Source: a virus (taxonomy: Duplodnaviria > Caudoviricetes). Taken from it: a stretch of DNA of 64,000 nucleotides. This document shows, in pieces, positions 1 to 8,830 of this stretch (the stretch's first letter is position 1; each line of letters begins with the position of its first letter). The notes under the pieces are model-generated. The model searched no databases. It was not told where the DNA came from and was given only the letters and a program-made list of their open reading frames with translations. A program made the position numbers and the translations under genes. The stretch spans positions 32,001 through 96,000 of IMG/VR virus record IMGVR_UViG_3300036802_000003; one strand, given 5' to 3'.

Positions 1-311
1 GGGATGATGAGTACAAAGGTAACAGTAATGGTGAGAAACGTAGGGTTGACGTTGCTATTAACATGGCTCTGCAAGACCTTGTGTCATCTAGGTCTAATAA
101 GAAATTGGACATCATCGTATATGATGAGGTATTCGATGGTTTAGATGAAATCGGCTGTAACACTGTTATTGAACTCCTACAGGAGAAAGCAAGAATGTTT
201 GGTACTGTTATAGTTATCACTCATAATGAGCATCTTAAACAGATGTTTACTAAGTTCCTCACTGTTAAGAAAGAGGACGGTAGAACGGTGGTGCTTGAAT
301 TTGCAGCGTAA
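1..311 (+). CDS. SbcC/Rad50-like recombination exonuclease ATPase subunit, C-terminal part (5' truncated)
   Basis: ABC signature SNGEKRR, Walker B/D-loop IIVYDEVFDGLD, H-loop VITH. Confidence 0.85.
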   Translation, partial: DDEYKGNSNGEKRRVDVAINMALQDLVSSRSNKKLDIIVYDEVFDGLDEIGCNTVIELLQEKARMFGTVIVITHNEHLKQMFTKFLTVKKEDGRTVVLEFAA

Positions 312-642
312 TATTAGGAGTGTAACCCTTCCAGGATTAGATAAGCCCATCCTCAAGAGCCTATCAGATAAGATGAAGGTTCTTGCGGCTCTAGGTGCTA
401 TAGAAGAGTCTATAAGACTCAAAGCTCTAGAGTTTGAACAGGTATCTGGTGAGAAAGCTAGGTATGTTATTATGGATGAGACCTCGTACATAGAGATGTC
501 AGTTTTAGACGGAATGGCTCATCCTCATAAGGATAAACCACTGACTTCTCTGGAGCGTAAATATGGGGTTGTGGATAAGTTTGATTACATGGACGTAATA
601 ATAGTACATGACCGTGGGAGGGGAATACAAATTGGGTGCTAG
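226..642 (+). CDS. hypothetical protein, paralog of next gene (true start probably further downstream)
   Basis: ORF; shares YV(I/M)xD..Y.E and GRGI.(I/V)G motifs with 608..883. Confidence 0.55.
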   Translation: MSILNRCLLSSSLLRKRTVERWCLNLQRNIRSVTLPGLDKPILKSLSDKMKVLAALGAIEESIRLKALEFEQVSGEKARYVIMDETSYIEMSVLDGMAHPHKDKPLTSLERKYGVVDKFDYMDVIIVHDRGRGIQIGC

Positions 643-883
643 AGGACTTGATATAGAAAAGCGTATCATGAAAGAAGCCTATGATTTTCGAGCAAAGCGA
701 TATGATGAAGCTGAATACGTCATGCTAGACAATGACACTTATGAGGAGCTATTGGCACACTGTAGGGAAGAGGTCAGGGCAATACAGCCTCCTCCAGATA
801 TATCTAAGTATATGGGGATGACTATTGTTAGAACCTACTTAGCAGGAAGAGGAATAGCTGTAGGGAGGGCTGCTAGACCATGA
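608..883 (+). CDS. hypothetical protein, paralog of previous gene
   Basis: ORF; ends in ATGA overlap with next gene. Confidence 0.6.
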   Translation: MTVGGEYKLGARGLDIEKRIMKEAYDFRAKRYDEAEYVMLDNDTYEELLAHCREEVRAIQPPPDISKYMGMTIVRTYLAGRGIAVGRAARP

Positions 884-1092
884 TTAATCTACATTTAGAT
901 GATGAAGTAAGCTTTATGTATACTAACTGGCGTGGAGAAACAAAAAGACGATACGTAGATGTAATAGGGTTCTACTGGGGTAAGACTGAGTGGCACCCTG
1001 AATATCAGATGTTGCTATTTGCACATGACAAAGATAAAGGTAGCTCTAGGTTCTTTGCAGTCAAAGATATGAGTGATGTTGCACCAATGTAA
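880..1092 (+). CDS. stand-alone WYL-like domain protein
   Basis: F.YTNWRGE...R.V ... LLFAHD.DK...RFFA pattern typical of the WYL fold. Confidence 0.6.
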   Translation: MINLHLDDEVSFMYTNWRGETKRRYVDVIGFYWGKTEWHPEYQMLLFAHDKDKGSSRFFAVKDMSDVAPM

Positions 1093-1106
1093 CAATTTTA
1101 ATACTT

Positions 1107-1140
1107 AGGAGACGATTTCAAGACCTTCCCCTTTAATTAG
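1107..1140 (+). promoter_or_regulatory. SPO1-type middle promoter (AGGAGA...T-rich)
   Basis: AGGAGA-N19-TTTAATTA; similar elements precede many replication genes. Confidence 0.6.
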
Positions 1141-1163
1141 GTGGAAGGTCTTTTCTTTGAGAG

Positions 1164-2207
1164 GTGATAGAAATGATAACGGACTACCTAGATGGATCAC
1201 TAGGAGAGGGTAATTACCATAAGACGCAGAAAGGTGACCAGTATAGCTATCAGTGTCCTTTCTGCAAAGACCATAGAGACAGGATGTTTGTCAATGTGGA
1301 TAGGAAGGTATACTTTTGTCATAACTGTGATGCGACTGGTACACTAATCTCACTCATAGCTGACTATACACAGATTTCATACAAGGAAGCACTAGATATA
1401 TTCAGAGAATACGATGGGTATGAGCAGGAGCTACCAGATGACTTGGAAGAGGAAATATACAAGAGACTGTATAAGGCACCAGAGATTGAGATAGTTAAGA
1501 CTATTCATCCCTTACCTGAGGAGTTTGTCCCAATAGAAGAAGCTAGGGGCAAGCTAGGAAAAGAGATGGTTAAGTATATTAAGAGCAGGGGACTGACTCT
1601 TAGTATGGCAGAGCGTTACTCAATGGGTTACTGTAATGGAGGAAAGTATGACAGACGTATCATTATGCCAGATTTTGAAGACTATGAACTCATATACTGG
1701 CAGGCAAGGACAATAGACCCACCACCTAAGCTAAAGCTTCTGAAGAAGCATTATAGAAAGGTACTGAATCCTTCTCTAACTGAAGAAGAGATAGACAGAG
1801 GTATGATGGCTGTAGATAAGTCAGAGATTGTATCTAACATTGACTTAATACTGGACAATGGTGTTGCAGTTATCTGTGAGGGTAAGATGGATGCCTACAC
1901 AATAGGTGATAGCGGAGCTGCTATCCATGGTAAGGTTATGTCTGATACTCAATTTATGAAACTAGTCTCAAACAAAGACAAGATAGACGTTATATACGTT
2001 ATGTTGGATGGTGATGCTTTCGAGTATGCAATAAGAATTGCAAAGCGACTATATAAGCACTTTGACGATGTGTACATTTGTAGAATGCCTCATAAGGAAG
2101 CAGACCCGAATGGTATTGGTGCTAGGGGTTGCTTGCAGGTAATAGAGGAAGCAGTGAGATATTCCCCTCTATTTGAGGTTAAAGCTCGCATCAGAGGATG
2201 GATGTAG
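1164..2207 (+). CDS. DNA primase (DnaG-like)
   Basis: CPFC..H / CHNC zinc finger, TOPRIM ICEGKMDA and MLDGDA, DPN motif. Confidence 0.9.
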   Translation: MIEMITDYLDGSLGEGNYHKTQKGDQYSYQCPFCKDHRDRMFVNVDRKVYFCHNCDATGTLISLIADYTQISYKEALDIFREYDGYEQELPDDLEEEIYKRLYKAPEIEIVKTIHPLPEEFVPIEEARGKLGKEMVKYIKSRGLTLSMAERYSMGYCNGGKYDRRIIMPDFEDYELIYWQARTIDPPPKLKLLKKHYRKVLNPSLTEEEIDRGMMAVDKSEIVSNIDLILDNGVAVICEGKMDAYTIGDSGAAIHGKVMSDTQFMKLVSNKDKIDVIYVMLDGDAFEYAIRIAKRLYKHFDDVYICRMPHKEADPNGIGARGCLQVIEEAVRYSPLFEVKARIRGWM

Positions 2208-2209
2208 CA

Positions 2210-2250
2210 GGGGGACGAGTTTTCGTGGGAGGGTTTTTTTAAGTCGAACA
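2210..2250 (+). promoter_or_regulatory. middle promoter
   Basis: GGGGACGA...TTTTTTTAAGTCGAAC; same layout as 16773, 18009 and 23190. Confidence 0.55.
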
Positions 2251-2272
2251 AGCAATTGAGGAGGACGAGGAC

Positions 2273-2866
2273 ATGGACAGACTATTAACTTTAGAGAAAA
2301 CGGTGTTAGATTTAGAAGATGCTCTGCACCAGACACAACGAGAATTCAAACTATTTAAAGACCTTATGTTAGGTCAACCAGAATTACCATACTTCTCTGA
2401 TATCCCAGGATACCAGTTACAGTACCATCACAATGGAGATGCAGGTATTGACCTACCTATCTTTGATGAGCGCTTACTTGATGGTGAATTCGGTACTGAA
2501 GGGTTTGTAGACATCCACCCAGGATGTAGCTATACTCTTAAAACAGGAATTCATATGGCAATCCCACAAGGTCATTATGGTATGCTGGACACACGTTCAG
2601 GCACATCTAAGTTAAAAATGACTCTGTTATGCCGCACTATTGATGAGCCATTCCGTGGTAACATTCGTTTAGCATTACACAATGTAGGCACTGAAACAGT
2701 TCGTGTGGCTAACTACGATGAACTAGCACAAATGGTTATCAAGCGTTACACTAAGGCTGCACCTAAGGGCTTTGCCACTTATGGTGAGTTCCTTGAATAT
2801 GCAGGTAATACTGCACGTGGGCAGGAAGGTTTTGGTAGTAAAGAACGTAATGTAGGAGGGAAATAA
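2273..2866 (+). CDS. dut: trimeric dUTPase
   Basis: GDAGIDL, RSG, TIDEPFRG, AQMV and RGQEGFGS motifs. Confidence 0.9.
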   Translation: MDRLLTLEKTVLDLEDALHQTQREFKLFKDLMLGQPELPYFSDIPGYQLQYHHNGDAGIDLPIFDERLLDGEFGTEGFVDIHPGCSYTLKTGIHMAIPQGHYGMLDTRSGTSKLKMTLLCRTIDEPFRGNIRLALHNVGTETVRVANYDELAQMVIKRYTKAAPKGFATYGEFLEYAGNTARGQEGFGSKERNVGGK

Positions 2867-3315
2867 TGAAAACTAGTACTGCACTAGATGTCATTGAACA
2901 GGGTAGAGCAGTTAGACGCAGGGGTTGGGTAAAAGGTGCTGTAGTATATAAGTCTGACAATGATATCATTGTGGACTATTCTAGAGTAGAGGAGTCTAAA
3001 CTGAGTGAAGCCTTCTCTACAGTGAGATGGATAGCCAAGCCTGAAGATTTGGTGGCTACTGACTGGGTAGACCTAGGGGTACTTACAGAAGGTAAGGAAC
3101 CTAACTGGGAAACTGGTTGGTCTAAGTATGATGAGCGCTTACAGGAGTTTGCAGTAAAGGCAGATGCAGTTAGGCTTGCGGTTAATGACCACATAGACCT
3201 AGCTAGCTATGCAAGAAACTCGTTCCGCATGCATATGGATACTACTATGTTGTGGGGCAAGCAAGCAATAGAAGATGCTATTGCACGTGAAGAGCTTATA
3301 AAGGAGGGCAAATAA
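2866..3315 (+). CDS. DUF2829/Tad2-like domain fused to an Acb2/Tad1-like helical hairpin
   Basis: N-half AL...G.AVRRRGW...W....EDLVATDW; C-half DTTMLWGKQAI aligns with the 3317 gene. Confidence 0.6.
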   Translation: MKTSTALDVIEQGRAVRRRGWVKGAVVYKSDNDIIVDYSRVEESKLSEAFSTVRWIAKPEDLVATDWVDLGVLTEGKEPNWETGWSKYDERLQEFAVKADAVRLAVNDHIDLASYARNSFRMHMDTTMLWGKQAIEDAIAREELIKEGK

Positions 3316-3316
3316 C

Positions 3317-3490
3317 ATGAGTAGACCTAGAGAGATTCAGGCAGGGGAGTTAGCTAAGAGATTTACGTCCCTTAGGAGCCTTATTGATATTACTATACCT
3401 GATAGTCGTGAGAAGTCAGTGGCTCTCACTAATTTAGATACTGGGTATCTATGGGCAAAAGAAGCTCTAGACAAGAAAGGGGACAAGTGA
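3317..3490 (+). CDS. 57-aa Acb2/Tad1-like hairpin protein (absent from ORF track)
   Basis: RBS AAGGAGG; MSRPREIQAGELAKRFTSLRSLIDITIPDSREKSVALTNLDTGYLWAKEALDKKGDK. Confidence 0.65.
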   Translation: MSRPREIQAGELAKRFTSLRSLIDITIPDSREKSVALTNLDTGYLWAKEALDKKGDK

Positions 3491-3491
3491 T

Positions 3492-3752
3492 ATGGACATT
3501 GGATATGCTAGAAACTTGATTAAAGAGGGAAAAAAGGCTGCTCGTAAAGGTTGGAATGGGGCAAACATGTTCATATACTATGTACCTGCTGCTTCATACC
3601 CACCTGTAACAGATGTTGCAAAAGAAGCATTTGGCGGAGAAGATGTACCATATCGTGAATACGTTGCCTTAAAAACAGCACAGGGAGACGTTGCTACGTG
3701 GTCACCTAGTGGCTCTGATTTCCTAGCTGATGATTGGATAGAAGTAAGATAA
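3492..3752 (+). CDS. tad2: Thoeris anti-defence Tad2-like (DUF2829) protein
   Basis: GKKAARKGWNG.NMFI...Y...KTAQG....W.PS..D.LADDW. Confidence 0.8.
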   Translation: MDIGYARNLIKEGKKAARKGWNGANMFIYYVPAASYPPVTDVAKEAFGGEDVPYREYVALKTAQGDVATWSPSGSDFLADDWIEVR

Positions 3753-3876
3753 GTGAGAAACTGGTGGGATATATACACCATTGATTACTGGAAAGAGTTT
3801 TGGTTTAGGGTCTACATCCGTAAGTATCATATGGATGTAGCCCGTTTCCATAAAGAAGTAGCTAAAAAATATAAGA

Positions 3877-4269
3877 ATGGAGCTGAACAAGATGTCAGTA
3901 GTAAACAAAGGTAAAAATATCAAGCAGGTAGATGAGAAGAAGCAGAAACAACAGGAGATTAAGCGTAAGGAGAAAGAGGTACAACGTCAAAAGGCTTACT
4001 GGAATGCTATGATTACACGTGAAGAAGCACGTGATATGGTTATCAAGTCACAAGAGCCTTTAATGGAGCAAATGCGTACTATGTTTATTCAAGTGAAAAC
4101 ACTTACAGAATTTGTGTTACAGAATGGTATTGCTACAGAAGAACAGCTTAATGAGATTGGAGTGCCTATCTACAATGAAATGTACGGTATTCCAAGTAAG
4201 CAAGAAGTAGAGAATCCAGAGGAGGTGACTAAGGATGCCGATAAACCTGTCCAAGGGTCAAACAATTAA
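3877..4269 (+). CDS. hypothetical protein
   Basis: ORF in operon; charged and helical. Confidence 0.65.
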   Translation: MELNKMSVVNKGKNIKQVDEKKQKQQEIKRKEKEVQRQKAYWNAMITREEARDMVIKSQEPLMEQMRTMFIQVKTLTEFVLQNGIATEEQLNEIGVPIYNEMYGIPSKQEVENPEEVTKDADKPVQGSNN

Positions 4270-4900
4270 TCTGTCTAAAGAAGGTACTAACGGTCTAAAG
4301 AACGTAACAATTGGTCTTAGCTGGGGTGCAAAGGTATTAAAGGCAAGCCCTACTAAGGAAGAGGCAAAAGGGTTTATGGAAAAGTTCTCTTCCTTTTTTA
4401 AAGGCGGAGAGACGAAAATCACTACCCCTACTAGTGTTCCTAAAATGGACATCGACTCTTCAGTATTCTTGATTAAGAATACTAACGAACGCCTGACAAC
4501 GGTATACTATGGTAACCTACGTGCTCCTGGTGTACGACATGCTGGAGATGACCTTACAGGTAACAATAAGAAGGGTAAGCACGACAATGAGGAGATTCAT
4601 GTAGACTTTGACAAGATACCTCGTAATGTGCACAAACTATTCGTAGTTGCTAATGTATTCTCTCCTATGACTGGTCACTTTGGGTGGGTACCTGGATCAT
4701 ACATCCGTATCAAGGATGAAAAAGGTAACGAGGTAGTACGTTATGAATTAGGGGCAGACTTCAAGGATAAGAAAGGTATTGTTGTAGCAGAGTTATACCG
4801 TGATGGTAACGGTGACTGGAATTTCCGTGCCATTGGTAAAGCTACAAAAGGTAATTCTATGAGGAATCTAGAAGACTTATGTTTACAGGGGGACTTCTAA
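4235..4900 (+). CDS. terD: TerD family stress protein
   Basis: INLSKGQTINLSK, GLSW, DIDSS, HAGDDLTG, DNEEI, ELYR..G.WNFRAIG. Confidence 0.9.
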   Translation: MPINLSKGQTINLSKEGTNGLKNVTIGLSWGAKVLKASPTKEEAKGFMEKFSSFFKGGETKITTPTSVPKMDIDSSVFLIKNTNERLTTVYYGNLRAPGVRHAGDDLTGNNKKGKHDNEEIHVDFDKIPRNVHKLFVVANVFSPMTGHFGWVPGSYIRIKDEKGNEVVRYELGADFKDKKGIVVAELYRDGNGDWNFRAIGKATKGNSMRNLEDLCLQGDF

Positions 4901-4903
4901 TAT

Positions 4904-5656
4904 ATGGAAATCTTACAACATATACTTGATACCTACGCACAGTTCTTTGACTGGAGCATGTGGGGAGAAGTACTTACTAGTAAATCAGCTTGGGGCTTAA
5001 TCCTAAGTTTAGTAATCCTTGAGGGCTTGTTATCAGCAGATAACGCCCTCGTACTTGCCATCATGGTAAAACACTTACCAGAGGAACAACGTAAGAAAGC
5101 TTTATTCTATGGACTACTTGGTGCATACTTCTTCCGATTCCTATTCATTGGAGTAGGGACTCTACTAATCAAGCTGTGGTACGTTAAACTAATTGGTGCG
5201 GCATACCTACTGTGGATTGTAGTTGACCACTACCGTAAGAAGAATGTAGAGCAAGAAGAGGGTAAAGAGTTCAATACAGGTGGAGTACTTGTAAAATGGT
5301 TCGGTGTATTCTGGGCTACTGTTATCTCTGTTGAGATAATGGACATAGCGTTCTCTGTGGACAGTATCCTAGCAGCGCTTGGTGTATCAGAGCAAGTTTG
5401 GGTATTATTACTTGGTGGAATGTTAGGAATTCTAATGATGCGTGGAGTGGCTCAACTATTCCTATGGTTACTAGACAGAATTCCTGAACTAGAGAATACT
5501 GCATACTTCTTGATACTGGCGATTGCAGTTAAGATGGGTGGAAGCGTGTTTGGTCTAGAAATTAGCCATGAAGTGTTCGTTATCACTCTAGTGAGTGCAT
5601 TTGCCATCACATTTGCGTTGCATTATCTTAAAAAATACCTACCCCGTAAGGGTTAA
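4904..5656 (+). CDS. terC: TerC family membrane protein
   Basis: LEGLLSADNALVLA, DIAFSVDSILAA, multiple TM helices. Confidence 0.92.
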   Translation: MEILQHILDTYAQFFDWSMWGEVLTSKSAWGLILSLVILEGLLSADNALVLAIMVKHLPEEQRKKALFYGLLGAYFFRFLFIGVGTLLIKLWYVKLIGAAYLLWIVVDHYRKKNVEQEEGKEFNTGGVLVKWFGVFWATVISVEIMDIAFSVDSILAALGVSEQVWVLLLGGMLGILMMRGVAQLFLWLLDRIPELENTAYFLILAIAVKMGGSVFGLEISHEVFVITLVSAFAITFALHYLKKYLPRKG

Positions 5657-5730
5657 CATAGATTAGAGAGAGGATATCCTCTCTCTATTTTCTTTGTTTA
5701 AGAAGGGTATAATTTAAGGGGGTTTTGAAA

Positions 5731-6255
5731 ATGGCTAAGACAGGTGGCAAGGGTATTAATAGTAAAAACAAGGGTGCAGAGTATGAGCGTAAGATTGCTA
5801 AGGCTCTAGGCTCTTGGTGGGGTGAACAGTTCCAACGTACTCCTGCTAGTGGAGGATTACAGTGGAAAAAGGATAACCGAGTTACAGGTGACATAGTTAC
5901 ACCTCCAGAGTCTGTATTCCCATTTACTATTGAGTGTAAGAAGAGAGAGGGCTGGTCTTTAGAGCAGTTCTTAAAGAATACTGGTGAAATGGAAGAATGG
6001 TGGACACAATGTATTAGAGACGCTAAGAAGATAGACAAGAAGCCAATGGTTATCTTCAGTAAGAATTTTGATACTGACTATGTAATGATGTCTAGGGCTG
6101 ATTTTGATGCTGTTACGGAGGGCATACTTGAACTTAATGCGTTTAATAACTTTGTGGTACACAAAGAAGGTTTAGAAGCAAGAGTTATCTGTGAGTTGGA
6201 TAAGTTAATTGCTAATGTTTCTAAGGAAGACGTCATCAAGGCTTACAGTCTGTAA
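5731..6255 (+). CDS. Holliday junction resolvase (PD-(D/E)xK)
   Basis: SKNKGAEYER, RTPASGG, GDI, IECK. Confidence 0.85.
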   Translation: MAKTGGKGINSKNKGAEYERKIAKALGSWWGEQFQRTPASGGLQWKKDNRVTGDIVTPPESVFPFTIECKKREGWSLEQFLKNTGEMEEWWTQCIRDAKKIDKKPMVIFSKNFDTDYVMMSRADFDAVTEGILELNAFNNFVVHKEGLEARVICELDKLIANVSKEDVIKAYSL

Positions 6256-6414
6256 CCTATTTGATAAGAAGAGACAAGCTTGATAGGGAAAATGAGTTAC
6301 TTTTCCTACTGGCTTGTCTCTTTATTTTTTCTGAGAGGACGGGAAAAATGAATTCAAGAGTTGAGCAATCAACCAAAACCAAAACCAAATTGAGTATAAA
6401 GGAGATGTTGAGGA

Positions 6415-7107
6415 ATGAGTAACCAACAAATGTATGAGGTAGAAGGACAATACGTGGCTGATTTGAAAGCGGTAGCAACTGTGTTAAATGTACCTAAGGT
6501 GTTAAAACGTGATATTCAGGAGGGTGGGGCATTAGAAGGTAAGGTAAAATTAGTAAATGCGGAGGAAGTGGGAGAGGGTATCAAGACTGAGGGTAGTGAA
6601 GAAGAGTGGGATAACTTTAAAGCTAAGACAGATGAAGCGATTGCTAAAGAAGTATCAGAGGAAGTAGAAACAGTAGAAGAAGATGATGAAGAGCCACAAA
6701 TGATAAGCTACGTAAGAGATGAAGATATCATGAACACTAAAGAGGAAATCCTAGAACAGCTACCTGAATTTAAGACACTGAAGGAGTTTAAGGACTGGTA
6801 TAAAGACATTGATACACAAACTGTTGAGTACTTTGCTAAGGCGATTGGTCTAACATGGACAGCAACAGAACATGCTAATATCCACCGTATGAGAATCTCA
6901 ATGGCTATGCAACGCTTCTTCTTCCCAGAGATGTTTAAACCTAAAGAGGGTAAGAAGAAGAAAGCTAAATACGGTGACCTTTCTACAGACGACTTATTCA
7001 AAATGGTAACTGCTAATAAGCTAGATGTGAAGAAGACTAACAATGTTCCAATCGACCGTATGAATGCAATAATGGCTCTAAAGAAAGCAGGTAAATTACC
7101 AAAGTAG
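6415..7107 (+). CDS. paralog family member 1 (tandem helical repeat, HEH/Rho-N-like)
   Basis: IHRMRISMA...KKKKAKYGDLST...RMNAIMALKKAG shared with 48633, 54258 and 56095. Confidence 0.75.
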   Translation: MSNQQMYEVEGQYVADLKAVATVLNVPKVLKRDIQEGGALEGKVKLVNAEEVGEGIKTEGSEEEWDNFKAKTDEAIAKEVSEEVETVEEDDEEPQMISYVRDEDIMNTKEEILEQLPEFKTLKEFKDWYKDIDTQTVEYFAKAIGLTWTATEHANIHRMRISMAMQRFFFPEMFKPKEGKKKKAKYGDLSTDDLFKMVTANKLDVKKTNNVPIDRMNAIMALKKAGKLPK

Positions 7108-7194
7108 GGCAGGAGAGGGGAGGGTTTTCCCTCTTCTTTTTTATTACTTGAGAGCTAGAGAAATCGGGTCTCCCCCACCCCTAGGAAAGAGAGA

Positions 7195-7223
7195 TTGACA
7201 AAAGGAGCCAATTTTGCAAAAAT
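7195..7223 (+). promoter_or_regulatory. sigma-A-type early promoter
   Basis: TTGACA-N17-AAAAAT with TG extension, upstream of the sigma-factor operon. Confidence 0.6.
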
Positions 7224-7277
7224 GAATTCATCGCCACCACGAGTGGCAGTGAGCCAGAGCCAAAAGGAGAGGGTATT

Positions 7278-7556
7278 ATGGAAAACAACAAGAAAGTACA
7301 TGATTACAAACCTGAGTTAAAGGCTGAGATTTTAGAGGACTGTCTGTCAATCCCTATCTCCAGCACCCAGAAGTTGCGAGTACTATTGGTTAGAGATGAG
7401 AATTTAGGCATCCGAGTATCAGCACAGAAGTGGTGGAGAGAGAATAGGGATGGGGAATGGGTACCTGGTAAGGGGTTTATGATGACAGGTCGCCAAGCCC
7501 TAATGATGGGTAAAGCTTTACAAGAGGTTGGCAAGCGTACTATTAACGTGAAGTAA
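7278..7556 (+). CDS. PC4-like ssDNA-binding protein
   Basis: VSAQKWW....GEWVPGKGF motif; RBS AAGGAG. Confidence 0.55.
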   Translation: MENNKKVHDYKPELKAEILEDCLSIPISSTQKLRVLLVRDENLGIRVSAQKWWRENRDGEWVPGKGFMMTGRQALMMGKALQEVGKRTINVK

Positions 7557-7577
7557 TTATATCTAATTGGGGGAAAA

Positions 7578-8222
7578 TTGAATATGTCTAATCTATGTAG
7601 AAACGGTGAAGCACTTAAATTATCTTGGGACGCAGTAGTTAAGCAGTTTAACAACTTAGTGAAGTATGCAGCTAGACAAAAAGCACAGAACAGTACATTA
7701 GACGGTATGTTGTCGGCAGAAGACCTCTATCAAGAGGGCATGATTAAGTTGTATGACTGCTGGGATAAGTGGTGCATGGGAGAGAACAAAGATATGGATG
7801 AATTTGCTCCTATCTTCCGTAAGTCTTTATACAGACAAATGGACAACAAAGGTGGAGGGAGCAAGTTTACCTACATAGACCTAGAAGATGCGTTTACAAA
7901 CATAGAGGACAGCCAAGGCTATGACGTAGTAGAAAGAATGTACCGAGATAATGGAATCACTAAGCTGAAAGATATGCTGAGTGAGATATCTAGGGACTTC
8001 CTAGAAGAGCTTATAGAACCAAGCGAGGCTACATTATTCCAGGTATGGGCTGATACTGCTCGTAAGAACATGCTTAAATCACAAGGAAAACGTATTAACA
8101 TCCCTAAGGACACAACAGTAAGAATGAAGCACATACAGAGAGCCTTAGGGTTAACAGGTAAGCAGTATGACAACGTAATGCAAGAGATTAGAGAGAAAGC
8201 ACCGTTAGCATTACAGTACTAG
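7578..8222 (+). CDS. phage sigma factor (SPO1 gp28-like, middle genes)
   Basis: region 2 AEDLYQEGMIKL; behind an early promoter; size and context. Confidence 0.8.
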   Translation: MNMSNLCRNGEALKLSWDAVVKQFNNLVKYAARQKAQNSTLDGMLSAEDLYQEGMIKLYDCWDKWCMGENKDMDEFAPIFRKSLYRQMDNKGGGSKFTYIDLEDAFTNIEDSQGYDVVERMYRDNGITKLKDMLSEISRDFLEELIEPSEATLFQVWADTARKNMLKSQGKRINIPKDTTVRMKHIQRALGLTGKQYDNVMQEIREKAPLALQY

Positions 8223-8236
8223 GGAGATAGCAGTTT

Positions 8237-8272
8237 AGGAGAAAAAATCAAATAAATCACTTCTTTTATAAG
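8237..8272 (+). promoter_or_regulatory. middle promoter
   Basis: AGGAGA-N18-TTCTTTTATAAG. Confidence 0.55.
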
Positions 8273-8302
8273 TGATTACATCTGAATGGGGGAAATGTAG
8301 TT

Positions 8303-8770
8303 ATGAGTTTCTTTGGAAATATTGATTCTAAATTATTAGACGCATTACAAGAGAGTACGTGTTTTGGTATCGCACACGATGAAAGTGTACCTGAATGTCA
8401 GAAGTGTGATGTACGAGGACAGTGTAAAGCACGCATGGAGGGGGCTAATATCCCAACCCCACGTAAGAAAGAGAAGAAGGTTGTAGAAACTCCTAAGGAG
8501 ACTAAACCAGCAACTAAGACCGCACCAAAGTCGGACAAGCCTTCTACTGGTAGCACAGGAACAGTTAAGAAAACTACTCCTGCTAAACCTAAAGCAGAAG
8601 CTAAGAAAGACCCTGTTCAATATTCATCTGATATGCCAGACTTCAAGCCTATGAGCTTTGAGGCACTGAAGGAATTAGCTACAGAGCGTAACGTTGAATG
8701 GAAAGACTACAGTAATGATTCTATCACACGTATGCGTTTGATTATGAATCTTAAGAAATCGTACCAGTAA
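8303..8770 (+). CDS. basic Cys-containing protein (SPO1 gp27-like), with one copy of the paralog-family repeat
   Basis: C..ECQKC...C N-terminus, Lys/Pro linker, C-terminal ITRMRLIMNLK; directly after the sigma gene. Confidence 0.6.
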   Translation: MSFFGNIDSKLLDALQESTCFGIAHDESVPECQKCDVRGQCKARMEGANIPTPRKKEKKVVETPKETKPATKTAPKSDKPSTGSTGTVKKTTPAKPKAEAKKDPVQYSSDMPDFKPMSFEALKELATERNVEWKDYSNDSITRMRLIMNLKKSYQ

Positions 8771-8830
8771 TATAAAAGGGTGTGCCATTGCAGGGTACAC
8801 CCTTTCATTAAGTTTCAGGAGGTAAGACAT

